From Octopus bimaculoides (lineage: Eukaryota): a stretch of 36,386 bases of DNA. The notes beneath the pieces are model-generated. The model was not told the origin of the DNA, made no database searches, and saw only the letters and a list, made by a program, of their open reading frames with translations. The stretch covers positions 10,992,858 to 11,029,243 of the forward strand of contig NC_068994.1 of NCBI RefSeq assembly GCF_001194135.2, in the 5' to 3' direction. The position numbers and the translations under genes were made by a program. Below are positions 25,049 through 36,345 of the stretch, in pieces (within the stretch, counting starts at the first letter, position 1; every line of letters begins with the position of its first letter).

Positions 25049-26588
25049 TGTTACTTCATTTAATAGATTTGGTACAGAGTAATGACTCAAGGCCCTAGAG
25101 TTTCGTACAATAGCACTAATCACATTAGAGATGCTTAATATGTATATATACACAGACACACATGTAGATATATATGTATATTTATATACACACATGCATA
25201 TGTAGATATGTATGTATATTTATGCATACACACATATGTAGATATGTATGTATGTATATATATATGTATGTGTGTATGTATGTATATATGCATGCGCATA
25301 TGTGCGTATGTGGGTGTGGGTCTGGGTGTGCATGTATGATATATGTATTGGTAACTAAAATGTGTTTCAGAAAATTTTTTCAGAAACATTTTTTGTGTAT
25401 ATAATATATATTTACGTATGTATGTATGTATGTATGTATGTATGTATGTATGTATGCATGAATGTATGTATGTATGTATGTATGCATGAATGCATGTATG
25501 TAATGCATGTATATGTATATGTATATGTTTATATATGTGTGTGTGTGAGTGTGTATGTATATCTAACTATTTTTCTTCATACATACGCACGTACATAGCA
25601 TAAATGCATACATACATACTTAACATTCATGCATGCATGCATACATACATACATACATACATAAATGTATATATATATATATATATATATANNNNNNNNN
25701 NNNNNNNNNNNNNNNNNNNNNNNNNNNNNNNNNNNNNNNNNNNNNNNNNNNNNNNNNNNNNNNNNNNNNNNNNNNNNNNNNNNNNNNNNNNNNNNNNNNN
25801 NNNNNNNNNNNNNNNNNNNNNNNNNNNNNNNNNNNNNNNNNNNNNNNNNNNNNNNNNNNNNNNNNNNNNNNNNNNNNNNNNNNNNNNNNNNNNNNNNNNN
25901 NNNNNNNNNNNNNNNNNNNNNNNNNNNNNNNNNNNNNNNNNNNNNNNNNNNNNNNNNNNNNNNNNNNNNNNNNNNNNNNNNNNNNNNNNNNNNNNNNNNN
26001 NNNNNNNNNNNNNNNNNNNNNNNNNNNNNNNNNNNNNNNNNNNNNNNNNNNNNNNNNNNNNNNNNNNNNNNNNNNNNNNNNNNNNNNNNNNNNNNNNNNN
26101 NNNNNNNNNNNNNNNNNNNNNNNNNNNNNNNNNNNNNNNNNNNNNNNNNNNNTATATATATATATATATATGTATATATAAAATTCCAAATTTTATTTAA
26201 TTTGCTTTGCGAGAAGGACTGTTCCAACGAAGTCGCGTATTGTCCTTGCCTTCGAAAACGCGGAGTAGATGGAACAGGGACAACTGACGAAGGGTTATAC
26301 TGTTTAGGTTGCACGTCTCGTTTCTCTGTTTTTTTCGTCTTTATATTTTCGTTTCTCATTATGTTTAACGTTTTTTTGTGATGTCCTACACCCATATATG
26401 CAAGTATCTATACATATAGATGTAGGTATGTACATATATGTATGGATATATGCATATGTTTATATATTATTCATATTATTATATATATATAAAAGCTCTG
26501 CTCTAGTTTGATAAGTGCCCATTGAGTCATTTATATACCTTTACAGCTGATAAATGTGTGTGTATATGTACATGAGCATACATATACA

Positions 26589-26663
<75 letters not shown>

Positions 26664-26924
26664 TCATCTAAGCAGTCATATGTCAGAGAGAAATATGTAC
26701 TGGTGTATTTGTCAAGTGAGTGGGTATTGTAATCAACGATTGCCAGCCCCAAGGAAAAACTAAGCTAGGAGTACTAGATGCCGTGGAAGAAAGCAGCGAA
26801 TGTTTACGAAAACAAGGACCGAAAAAAAACGTAGAAATTGTACACAAATACAAATGCAAACAAAGGACATAAACAACAGGTGTCTTTCGACTTAGGCCGA
26901 ATTAAATTAAGTTGGCGTGTGTGG

Positions 26925-26973
<49 letters not shown>

Positions 26974-27053
26974 TATTGGAGCTGCATATAAACCTGATAG
27001 AGTAAACATGTTATAAGTGAATATAGAACCTCGTATAATGTTTCTTTGTGCAG

Positions 27054-27147
27054 TGGTCATATAACAATAAGCTAGGTGATGGAAAAAATTCGTCAACGAT
27101 GGGTACGATATCATTTTTCCGGCCACAAATACTACAATAAAATCCAG
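27054..27147 (+). CDS. Candidate host exon (unidentified); ATG at 27079 gives MEKIRQRWVRYHFSGHKYYNKIQ
   Basis: Acceptor TTTCTTTGTGCAG and donor CAG|GTATGT. One frame is open from the ATG to the donor. No homology recognised. Confidence 0.25.
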
Positions 27148-27336
27148 GTATGTTTCGATATATAATGAACTTATCAGCGAAGTATACACTTCATTGAGAT
27201 TGCCAAAAGCAGCGATAATTCACTAAGTAAATGAGTCATACGTTTCTTACCCGGAAAATATATATGTATATATAATTATGTGCGTGTGAGTGTGCGTGTG
27301 AGTGTGCGTGTGTGTGTATGTATATATATTCATACA

Positions 27337-27368
<32 letters not shown>

Positions 27369-27747
27369 NNNNNNNNNNNNNNNNNNNNNNNNNNNNNNNN
27401 NNNNNNNNNNNNNNNNNNNNNNNNNNNNNNNNNNNNNNNNNNNNNNNNNNNNNNNNNNNNNNNTGTTCAGAGATGGTATGAATACGAACATAGATAAATA
27501 ATTAGTGAAATAAAAATGAATAATTTTAGTCATTGATTAGTATTGGTTTTTTTTCATCAGCACATAATTACTGCTAATTAGTATTTTAACAGTACCTGTA
27601 TTAAATATGATAACACTAATTTGAATATTGATTTTAATGCAGCAAGTCTCTCTGAATCAATCATAAATATACGTAATCGAATTCGCCATCATTTCAATAC
27701 TTTTGTTGCTTTTTTTTTCATACTTCTTTTTATGGTTTCACTCACAG

Positions 27748-27811
27748 AAGTGCGGTCATACTGCAGCGCACACGGTTATGAATGGTTGAATCGCTCAGCT
27801 CGACTTATTTT
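27748..27811 (+). CDS. Candidate 64-bp host exon (unidentified): (E)VRSYCSAHGYEWLNRSARLI
   Basis: A long pyrimidine tract plus CTCACAG acceptor and a GTAAGT donor, with exactly one open frame. No homology recognised. Confidence 0.35.
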
Positions 27812-27944
27812 GTAAGTGTACTTATGATGGAGGTCTGATGTTAATTCTATCGATATCTTTTTACCGAACCGCCAGATTACGGTGGTTTTAAATGAAACCA
27901 GAGCTGGTGGTCAAACGACAGAGAAAAGAAAACACACACACCGT

Positions 27945-28104
27945 CTATCTGTCTGTCTGTGTGTTGTCTGTCTGTCTGTCTGTTGTCTGTCTATTGTCTG
28001 TCTGTCTGTCTGTTGTCTGTCTGTCTGTCTGTTGTCTGTCTGTCTGTCTGTTGTCTGTCTGTCTGTCTGTCTGTTGTCTGTCTGTCTATCTATCTATCTA
28101 TCTA

Positions 28105-28137
<33 letters not shown>

Positions 28138-28150
28138 CTATCCATCCATC
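27945..28150. repeat. (TCTG)n / (TCTGT) / (TCTA)n compound microsatellite
   Basis: Direct reading. Confidence 0.93.
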
Positions 28151-28594
28151 TATCCATCTATGCAAACAGACATGTATGACGTATTCAAATCCCATTGGAA
28201 GCTCACATTTCATTCATTTGCATACACCCGTTCTATGATCACTCCCGTTTCATTTATTTTAAATGTAAACACACACTCGGCGTTTAATCGCGGATATATT
28301 GAATTTCAATCACCCGCGCACACACAGACTTACGCACAAACACACATAAATACGCACACAAACACACACACAAACACACACACAGCATGCACACGCACAC
28401 GCACACGTACATACACAGAAAGATGAACATCAATATACCACAACACACGCATGCGCACCTGTATACGCACTGTGACTTACTGGTTATTTGAGTTCTCCTC
28501 ACTTTAATTTTACAATACAAGCGTGCATTCCACGTTCAGTGCTAGATTAGTAATTGATAAATACCAATTTAATACACACACATGTATATTAATT

Positions 28595-28652
<58 letters not shown>

Positions 28653-28751
28653 NNNNNNNNNNNNNNNNNNNNNNNNNNNNNNNNNNNNNNNNNNNNNNNN
28701 NNNNNNNNNNNNNNNNNNNNNNNNNNNNNNNNNNNNNNNNNNNNNNNNNNN

Positions 28752-28835
<84 letters not shown>

Positions 28836-29082
28836 TGAAGGAGAGGACAATACCGAGTTCTATAATCACTATATATAAACATGCATAACCCGTACTTAAA
28901 GAAATGCTATAAAGATGGGTGGATTTTATTTAACGCATCGCTAGTTAATGTTTTATGAGCGGACTTAGTGTGTGTCTGTGTGCGCGCGCGCGCGTGTTGA
29001 TATAGATAGACAGATAGATTGATATATAATAAATAGATAGACATATAATAAATAGAGAGATGTATAATAAATAGATGCCCAC

Positions 29083-29139
29083 GGGCATATGGCGTAGTAG
29101 TTAAGAGCGCGGGATTCCGATTTCGATTCCAGGCAGTGA

Positions 29140-29208
<69 letters not shown>

Positions 29209-29400
29209 CAACAACAACATCGAAAAATAACTTGGGAAGGAGAACTCAGGTTCGAAATTTCCCCAATATACCTCATGAATGCTGGAGGGTATATCAGCCG
29301 AAATGTTGTGTTAACAACAAACAAGATGAGGACAAATATCCGTCAAATGTAAATAAGGTAAATAATGTATATAATTCCTCATCTCTTAAATATAGAACTG
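29083..29400 (+). mobile_element. tRNA-headed SINE-like element with internal (AAT)n and hammerhead-ribozyme-like body
   Basis: A box TGGCGTAGTAG (29090-29100) and B-box-like ATTTCGATTCC. (AAT/AAC)n runs 29146-29220, followed by a second GGTTCGAAAT motif and the hammerhead-like segment at 29268-29311. Confidence 0.65.
29268..29311 (+). ncRNA. Degenerate minimal type I hammerhead ribozyme
   Basis: Stem I ATAC/GTGT; core CTCATGA (canonical CTGANGA); stem II GCTG/CAGC around a 10-nt loop; GAAA; minimal stem III AATGTT (one change from the palindrome AACGTT); GTT cleavage triplet. Confidence 0.55.
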
Positions 29401-29801
29401 AATAAATAGATAGATAGAGAAAGAGAGAGAGAATGAGAGATAACCTTAAAAATAAAAAATTATCATGTTTCTTTTTATGAAATACCTCAAAAGATATTTT
29501 TCGATATCGATAAAAATACCGCTTAAATGGCACTTTTTAAATCTATCTATCTATCTATCTATCCTGCTGAGGTTACCATGGTCTTTTCCGTAGGCTTTTC
29601 TCTCCATGGATAAACCTAATGTTACCCCATTTTACACAATTGACATTTTCTGTGATATACGATACCCCCTTTTTTTTTTTTGCCCCTACCGATCCCTTTT
29701 GATCGGATTTTTTTTTTTTTTCTTAAAGAAAAGCTCTACAGTTGTATTTGTCCCCTCTGTGTGCAGCCCTGTGTGGCTAATAAAAGAAAGTTATCTATTT
29801 A

Positions 29802-29851
<50 letters not shown>

Positions 29852-29896
29852 CGTACGTGCCGACGTGCGTGCGGATGTTATTAAATGGTTTGTATT

Positions 29897-30322
29897 AAGG
29901 CGGTGAACTGGAAAAGTCGTTAGAACGTCTGACAAAAAGTTTAGCACTATTTGTTTCAGCTCTTTACGTTCTGAGTTCAAATACCATCGCGGTTAACTTT
30001 GCTCTTCGTCCTTTCGGTGTCGATATAATAAAGTACTAGTCATGTACTGGCGTCGGGGTAATTGACTTCTCCTTTCCCTTCAAAATTTCTGGCATTGTGC
30101 CTGCCAAAATTTAGAAAGAACTAACACAGTGAGCTGGCAGAATCGTTAAAGAATCTGATAAAATAAAATGCTTATTGGTATTTCTTTCAACTCTTTAGTT
30201 CTCGATTCGAGGTCATCTTTGCTCTTAATTCTTTTGAGATCGAAAAAATAAAATAATCAACCAAGCATTGGCGTCGATGTAATTGATTTGTCGCTCCCTC
30301 TACAAAATTACAGACACCATGC
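29897..30322 (+). mobile_element. Two head-to-tail SINE copies (29897-30120, 30127-30322) of a third family
   Basis: Both start with (GGC)GGTGAACTGG / GTGAGCTGGCAGAATCGTT. The first has a GAGTTCAAAT B box and the central CCTTTCGGTGTCGATATAATAAAGTACTAG block also seen at 35190-35225. The second copy is more decayed. Confidence 0.78.
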
Positions 30323-31862
30323 TCACTTTCGAAACCATCATCAAATAGCTTGAATGGGTTCTTCTACAACGAAGTTGATTCCCTTTCAATACACCATCTC
30401 TCCAAGTTCAACTCCTAATATCTATGGCGAACATATTTCTGATAATAGAAAAGCAGACGTTCTTTATATGCATAATTGTGATACAGAAACGGAAGACGCT
30501 GTGTAATGCAATTGTTAATAAAATCACCCAGAACAAAAGAAACAAAAAGGGGAAAAGAACCGAGGTGATCTGTTGCTGTTGCAGTGTGTTTCAAATCGGA
30601 GCATACAATGCCAAAAGTATATATATTTTCTTTTCTGAAAATTTGCCTAAAGCAATGTAATATATTCGGCAATGTTATTTATTGCGAAAAAGGAACAAAC
30701 AGAGACCGTCATATTTATTCCTCTCGTAAAACCATTTTAGCTCTTTCTGCAATAAACGTTTCATTCTGTTTATATATGTATATTATTTCCGCCTTATCAT
30801 GTACCTTCTGGTTCTCTAAGTTTTTGCAACAATTTGACATTATAGTGGGTTTCTTTATATGTCTACTTTAATTTTAATCTTAACTTTCTCTCCCTCATAC
30901 TCTGCATATATAAATACATATCTATATATATAGATATATACATATATATATGTAGATGTCGTACCCTTCGTCATTATATGTACAATTTGTGGATGATGGA
31001 TGTTTGATTTGTGGTAGATATAACTCCTATCTCCTACGTTAAATGTCTTTCTTTTTTTTTCCGTTTGTTTCTGTTTTCTTTTCAAACGGATATCCATCCT
31101 CTTTCTCTAGTAATACTTTCGACTTCTACATAGCAAATATCTGGTTCTGCCTACTTATATTGATCGGTGTTTCATTTCCTTTGGATCTCTGAGACTTCTT
31201 TGTTGTTCTTCGATATTTTTGACATTTATTAGCCAGTTCTTTTCAGCTATTTTTTTTTTTTTACTCTCTCTTCAAAACAGTTTTCTCACCCCTCTCTTTC
31301 TATCTCTTCTTTCGTTTTTTTTTTTTTTTTTTAGTAAAGACCGGTGTTTAATAACTCCAGTTACCTGTAATATTTTCTCCCCACCCTAGAGCATTGTAAC
31401 AAATTTCCAGTGTTTTGTTTGGTTTCATGGAGTTGTAGGTTATCTTCTTATATATTTTTTTCTCTTTGTAGTTGCGTCGTTCGTATGTCTCTGCGTGATG
31501 GTGGCGGTGATGACAATGTCGACAACAGAGGGGGATGACCTTTTGATCACGTGTCTCTAGTGTTCTTCCTATTTGTGACGGCTGTGAGTTCAACGCTTAT
31601 CGTTTATGCTTGTTAGCGTCATATTGTTTGTTAGTTACTTTTCCCTGACAGTACCTCACAGCCCTCTCCTCTAAAAAACACACTATATCTTTGTCAGACA
31701 ATTTTTTTTTTTATTAGTTCCCAAAATACATCTTCGTGCGTTTTTTGTTTATTTGGCGTCTGAACCTAAATCTTTTTCTCGTGTGTATATATTATTTAAA
31801 AAGAATACTTATGCATGCCTGTATGAATGTATGTATGCATGCATGTATATATGCATGTAGTG

Positions 31863-31935
<73 letters not shown>

Positions 31936-32104
31936 ATTTATATGNNNNNNNNNNTTATATGTATGAATGTATATATATATATATATATAAATACATGCAT
32001 ATGTATATATATATATATATACAAACACACATATATATACACATATATATATATATAAGCTCAGTGAGCTAGAAGTGCAAACGGGGTCTGTTTTTGTTAC
32101 TGTT

Positions 32105-32165
32105 GCTCCTTTTGATGTTGTTGTTAATATTATTATCATTGTTGTTGTTGTTATTATTATTATTG

Positions 32166-32221
<56 letters not shown>
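32105..32221. repeat. (TTG/TTA)n array, the (AAT)n tail of the adjacent minus-strand LINE end
   Basis: Direct reading. Confidence 0.95.
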
Positions 32222-32552
32222 GATTTACTTCTCAGAACGTTCGGTCTTGTTTGTTCTGGTAGATTCTGTGAGAGCGGATAGCAGCTTGCTGTCAGAAGTC
32301 TCATAGGGTCTCTTTCCATACACTATAAGCTTTGATACTTGGTTTTTAATTATCATGGGAGACATTCGACATCCAAGTATCAATCTTAAAACCCTAGCGG
32401 TCCTTAGCAGAGCAATTTTTTTAGACTAGCTCTGTCTCATGTCAATTCCGATTTCTTTGACTTGTTTTAGCGCTCCAAGTGCCCCTACAACTACTGGAAT
32501 GATAGACACTTTCCTCATAGTATACATTCTTGGAATTTCGTCTATTGCAATA
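32222..32552 (-). mobile_element. 3' end of R4/Dong-like LINE (restriction-like endonuclease C-terminus and 3' UTR)
   Basis: The reverse strand translates EIPRMYTMRKVSIIPVVVGALGAL and, after a stop and a frameshift, KKIALLRTARVLRLILG. These are the IPVVVGALG and QKxALLGTARIL motifs. The 3' UTR ends in (AAT)n. Confidence 0.85.
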
Positions 32553-32640
32553 GACTGGGGTCGATGTAATCGACTTAATCCCTTTGTCTGTCCTTGTTTG
32601 TCTCCTCTGTGTTTAGCCCTCTGTGGGCAATAACGAAGTA
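32553..32640 (+). mobile_element. SINE 3' fragment
   Basis: ACTGGGGTCGATGTAATCG matches 35368-35386, and the tail TTTGTCTCCTCTGTGTTTAGCC...GGGCAATAA resembles 29746-29783. Confidence 0.65.
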
Positions 32641-32664
32641 TATATACATATATATGTATGTGTG

Positions 32665-32697
<33 letters not shown>

Positions 32698-34274
32698 NNN
32701 NNNNNNNNNNNNNNNNNNNNNNNNNNNNNNNNNNNNNNNNNNNNNNNNNNNNNNNNNNNNNNNNNNNNNNNNNNNNNNNNNNNNNNNNNNNNNNNNNNNN
32801 NNNNNNNNNNNNNNNNNNNNNNNNNNNNNNNNNNNNNNNNNNNNNNNNNNNNNNNNNNNNNNNNNNNNNNNNNNNNNNNNNNNNNNNNNNNNNNNNNNNN
32901 NNNNNNNNNNNNNNNNNNNNNNNNNNNNNNNNNNNNNNNNNNNNNNNNNNNNNNNNNNNNNNNNNNNNNNNNNNNNNNNNNNNNNNNNNNNNNNNNNNNN
33001 NNNNNNNNNNNNNNNNNNNNNNNNNNNNNNNNNNNNNNNNNNNNNNNNNNNNNNNNNNNNNNNNNNNNNNNNNNNNNNNNNNNNNNNNNNNNNNNNNNNN
33101 NNNNNNNNNNNNNNNNNNNNNNNNNNNNNNNNNNNNNNNNNNNNNNNNNNNNNNNNNNNNNNNNNNNNNNNNNNNNNNNNNNNNNNNNNNNNNNNNNNNN
33201 NNNNNNNNNNNNNNNNNNNNNNNNNNNNNNNNNNNNNNNNNNNNNNNNNNNNNNNNNNNNNNNNNNNNNNNNNNNNNNNNNNNNNNNNNNNNNNNNNNNN
33301 NNNNNNNNNNNNNNNNNNNNNNNNNNNNNNNNNNNNNNNNNNNNNNNNNNNNNNNNNNNNNNNNNNNNNNNNNNNNNNNNNNNNNNNNNNNNNNNNNNNN
33401 NNNNNNNNNNNNNNNNNNNNNNNNNNNNNNNNNNNNNNNNNNNNNNNNNNNNNNNNNNNNNNNNNNNNNNNNNNNNNNNNNNNNNNNNNNNNNNNNNNNN
33501 NNNNNNNNNNNNNNNNNNNNNNTTTATTATATTATATTATATTTATTATATTATATTATATTTATTATATTATATTTACCTTATGATATTTACTTTGCTT
33601 TATATTATACTCATTTATTGTGCTTTTAATTGTTAATTTTTCTATATGTGACAGTGGATTTTCATCGATGAGTTCTTGAAACTTGGTTATTTTCCCTAAA
33701 ACTATATATTTTATATATATTTTATCTATAAAGCTCAATTTAATTTTAATTTTTTATAAATTGATTTTAATTGAGTTTTTACCTGTAATTTTGGATTTTG
33801 TCCCTAATATCATTATATATATGTATATATATATATAGATATATACTTTTTTTTATTAAAGCTCCGTGAGCCGTAAATATAATATGTTTATGCTAGATTT
33901 TGAGTGGTGTATGCTAAATGTAGTTATTATCTGTTGCTTTTCCACGTCTAGTCTTAGTAACGTATTCAGTGTTCATTTCAGAATTCTATAACGATAACTT
34001 GTTGCTGGGACAGCTAAAGTAATGATATCTATTACCCAGTCTTGTAATTAGCCATTTTAAAGTATTCATCTAATACGGCTCCAGCATTCTTTCCAATCAT
34101 TTTCTTTCAAGTTTCTGTTGTTCTCTTCTTGTTCATTAATACCTAATTAGGTGTAACTCAGTGTTTGGCCTGATTCTCTTATCTTTGTTTCTCTGCTTCT
34201 ATCGCTATCGTCTGTCTCTATATATGCTTCTCTGCATAACACGGTATTAGTGAAGTTTATTAATTTCCCGCTAC

Positions 34275-34423
34275 AGGCGTAGAAATGCTTGTGTGGTTCA
34301 GGAGTTCAATTCGTAACCACACGGTCTCGGCTTCAGTCCCAATGTACGGCACCTTGGGTACGTATATTCTACTATATGTTTTGTGAATGAATTTGGTTGA
34401 CAGAAGTGCAGAAGTGCATCGTG

Positions 34424-34424
<1 letters not shown>
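34275..34424 (+). mobile_element. tRNA-derived SINE 5' half, decayed (family of 21313-21478)
   Basis: AGGCGTAG...TTCAGTCCCAATGTACGGCACCTTGGG...TTTGGTTGACAGAA aligns with 21313-21478 and is followed by (CA)n. Confidence 0.75.
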
Positions 34425-34467
<43 letters not shown>

Positions 34468-34647
34468 TATATATCTCAAAGGATAAAGAACCCCTTCGGT
34501 CATGAAGGACCATGGGATCGCACCTAGAAAGTTACCTTCCGAAGCACAAGTCCGAGCAAGGTTGTTTATGGAAGACCAACAGTCACCTATGCATACAAGC
34601 CCCTCTCCACGCCACCGATGTTATCCAAGGGAAAGCCAAAGGCTGAT

Positions 34648-34990
34648 ACATTTTCCAATACATCATAAAGATAGGAAATTTTTCAATAGGCATAATCTAA
34701 AAATTAGCTTTAGTTCAACCCTAAATTTTAAAAACATGATCACACACAATGCAAAACAACAACACGAACCCGGCTGTTCCTGTAGGGATAAAGACTTGTG
34801 CACGCTAAATGGAGCCTGTATGACCGAGGCCGTTATTTATGAAGCCACCGTAAATCCTACGAACGCTAATAAAACAGTTTCGTCGAAGAGATATATAGGT
34901 CTCACTGAGGGAAATATCAAAGCAAGGTTCAACAATCACACATTAAGCTTCAGACACTAGGATAAACGAAAAACTATCACTTTAAATCGT
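34648..34990 (+). mobile_element. Penelope-like element GIY-YIG endonuclease region, pseudogenised
   Basis: HFPIHHKDRKFFNRHNLKISFSS...CSCRDKDLCTLNGAC..EAVIYEATV...KRYIGLTEG.IKARFNNHTLSFRH* contains a Cys-rich linker followed by the (V)IY and YIG motifs and the R...H of PLE endonucleases. TAG stop at 34958-34960. Confidence 0.9.
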
Positions 34991-35075
34991 TGTAGTTGTT
35001 TATTTTTGCTTCTTCTTTGACATTGATCCTGTTGTCACTGGGGCATTGTTATCATCATCATCATCATCATCATCA

Positions 35076-35106
<31 letters not shown>

Positions 35107-35108
35107 AA

Positions 35109-35300
35109 CGGCGTCGAACTGGCAGAATGCTTAGCGGCATTTCGTCCGTCTTTACGTTTTGCGTTCAAATTCCGCCGAGGTCGAGTTTGCCTTTCATTCT
35201 TTCGGGATCGATAAGTTAAGCACCAGTGAAACATTGGGGAAGATGTGATGGATTAGCAAATCCCCCAAAATTTCAGGTTTTGTGCCTATAGTAGAAAGGA
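35109..35300 (+). mobile_element. SINE (same family as 29897) embedded in (CAT/TAT)n
   Basis: GGCGTCGAACTGGCAGAATG...GTTCAAATTCC (B box)...TTTGCCTTTCATTCTTTCGGGATCGATAAGTTAAGCACCAG...GTGCCTATAGTAGAAAGG followed by an (ATT)n tail. A further 3' fragment lies at 35362-35445. Confidence 0.85.
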
Positions 35301-36019
35301 TTATTATCATTATTATTAGTATCATTAATGCGAACATCGCTAGGTCGAGAAAATAAATGCCAGCTAAATACTGGGGTCGATGTAATCGTCAAGGCCCTTC
35401 CCCTACCAAATCTCAGGCCTTGTGCCGGTATGCTAAAAGAACCATTATCGGTAAACTTATACAAACATTTTATAATTATAAGCTTGATTATAATTATAAA
35501 ATTTATATATATNNNNNNNNNNNNNNNNNNNNNNNNNNNNNNNNNNNNNNNNNNNNNNNNNNNNNNNNNNNNNNNNNNNNNNNNNNNNNNNNNNNNNNNN
35601 NNNNNNNNNNNNNNNNNNNNNNNNNNNNNNNNNNNNNNNNNNNNNNNNNNNNNNNNNNNNNNNNNNNNNNNNNNNNNNNNNNNNNNNNNNNNNNNNNNNN
35701 NNNNNNNNNNNNNNNNNNNNNNNNNNNNNNNNNNNNNNNNNNNNNNNNNNNNNNNNNNNNNNNNNNNNNNNNNNNNNNNNNNNNNNNNNNNNNNNNNNNN
35801 NNNNNNNNNNNNNNNNNNNNNNNNNNNNNNNNNNNNNNNNNNNNNNNNNNNNNNNNNNNNNNNNNNNNNNNNNNNNNNNNNNNNNNNNNNNNNCACACAC
35901 ACACACACACACACACACATTCATACTAAAAATTATATATATCAAAAGGGATCTTGGTATTTCCGAGCGAGGCAGAAACCCAAAAGCCCGCTTTCCTTTC
36001 CGGATTTTGTAGTGTATCA

Positions 36020-36269
36020 CACCCCTGGATGGAACGCTAGGTCATGAGTCGCAGGATTACACATCTTTGCCTTCTGAGTCGATTGGAGCAACGTGAAATG
36101 AAGTGCTTTGCTTTAAGAACACAACTCGTCTACCAAATCCACTCACAAAGCCTTGGTCGGCCCAAGGCTACAGTAGAAGACACTCTTCCAAGGTCCCAGG
36201 CAGTGGGACTGAACCCGGAACCATGTGGTTGGTAAGCAAGCTTCTTACAATAGAGCCATTCCTGCGCCT
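36020..36269 (-). mobile_element. Two abutting SINE pieces: CORE-like body (36020-36124) and 5' half of the 21313-type SINE (36127-36269)
   Basis: 36075-36122 matches the CORE-like blocks at 225-275 and 556-605. 36127-36269 is the reverse complement of 21313-21460. Confidence 0.8.
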
Positions 36270-36345
36270 ATATATACATGCATACACATTTATACATTTA
36301 TACATACACACACATTTATGAACTGGTGTTCCATCGAGGGGTATG

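Noticed and set aside
26284-26310. CTGACGAAGGG, matching the first half of a hammerhead core
   Set aside because: There is no complementary CCC-GAAA downstream and no stem I.
26886-26901. Hairpin TTCGAC-TTAG-GCCGAA with GAAA on the minus strand
   Set aside because: There is no CTGANGA upstream on either strand; it is only a short imperfect hairpin.
27621-27815. ORF with an apparent signal peptide (FFFILLFMVSLTEVRS)
   Set aside because: The hydrophobic stretch is the translated polypyrimidine tract, which is better explained as a splice acceptor. The ORF track's Met also falls on a TTG codon.
33660-33700. Hammerhead-like TCGATGAG-TTCTT-GAAAC in an AT-rich block about 1 kb upstream of the PLE endonuclease
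   Set aside because: The core lacks CTGA, stem II cannot form and there is no stem I pairing. It could be a decayed terminal-repeat remnant, but one copy cannot support that.
34502-34647. N-terminal extension of the 152-aa ORF
   Set aside because: PLE similarity starts only at ~34648. The upstream part looks like a separate repeat fragment that is open by chance.
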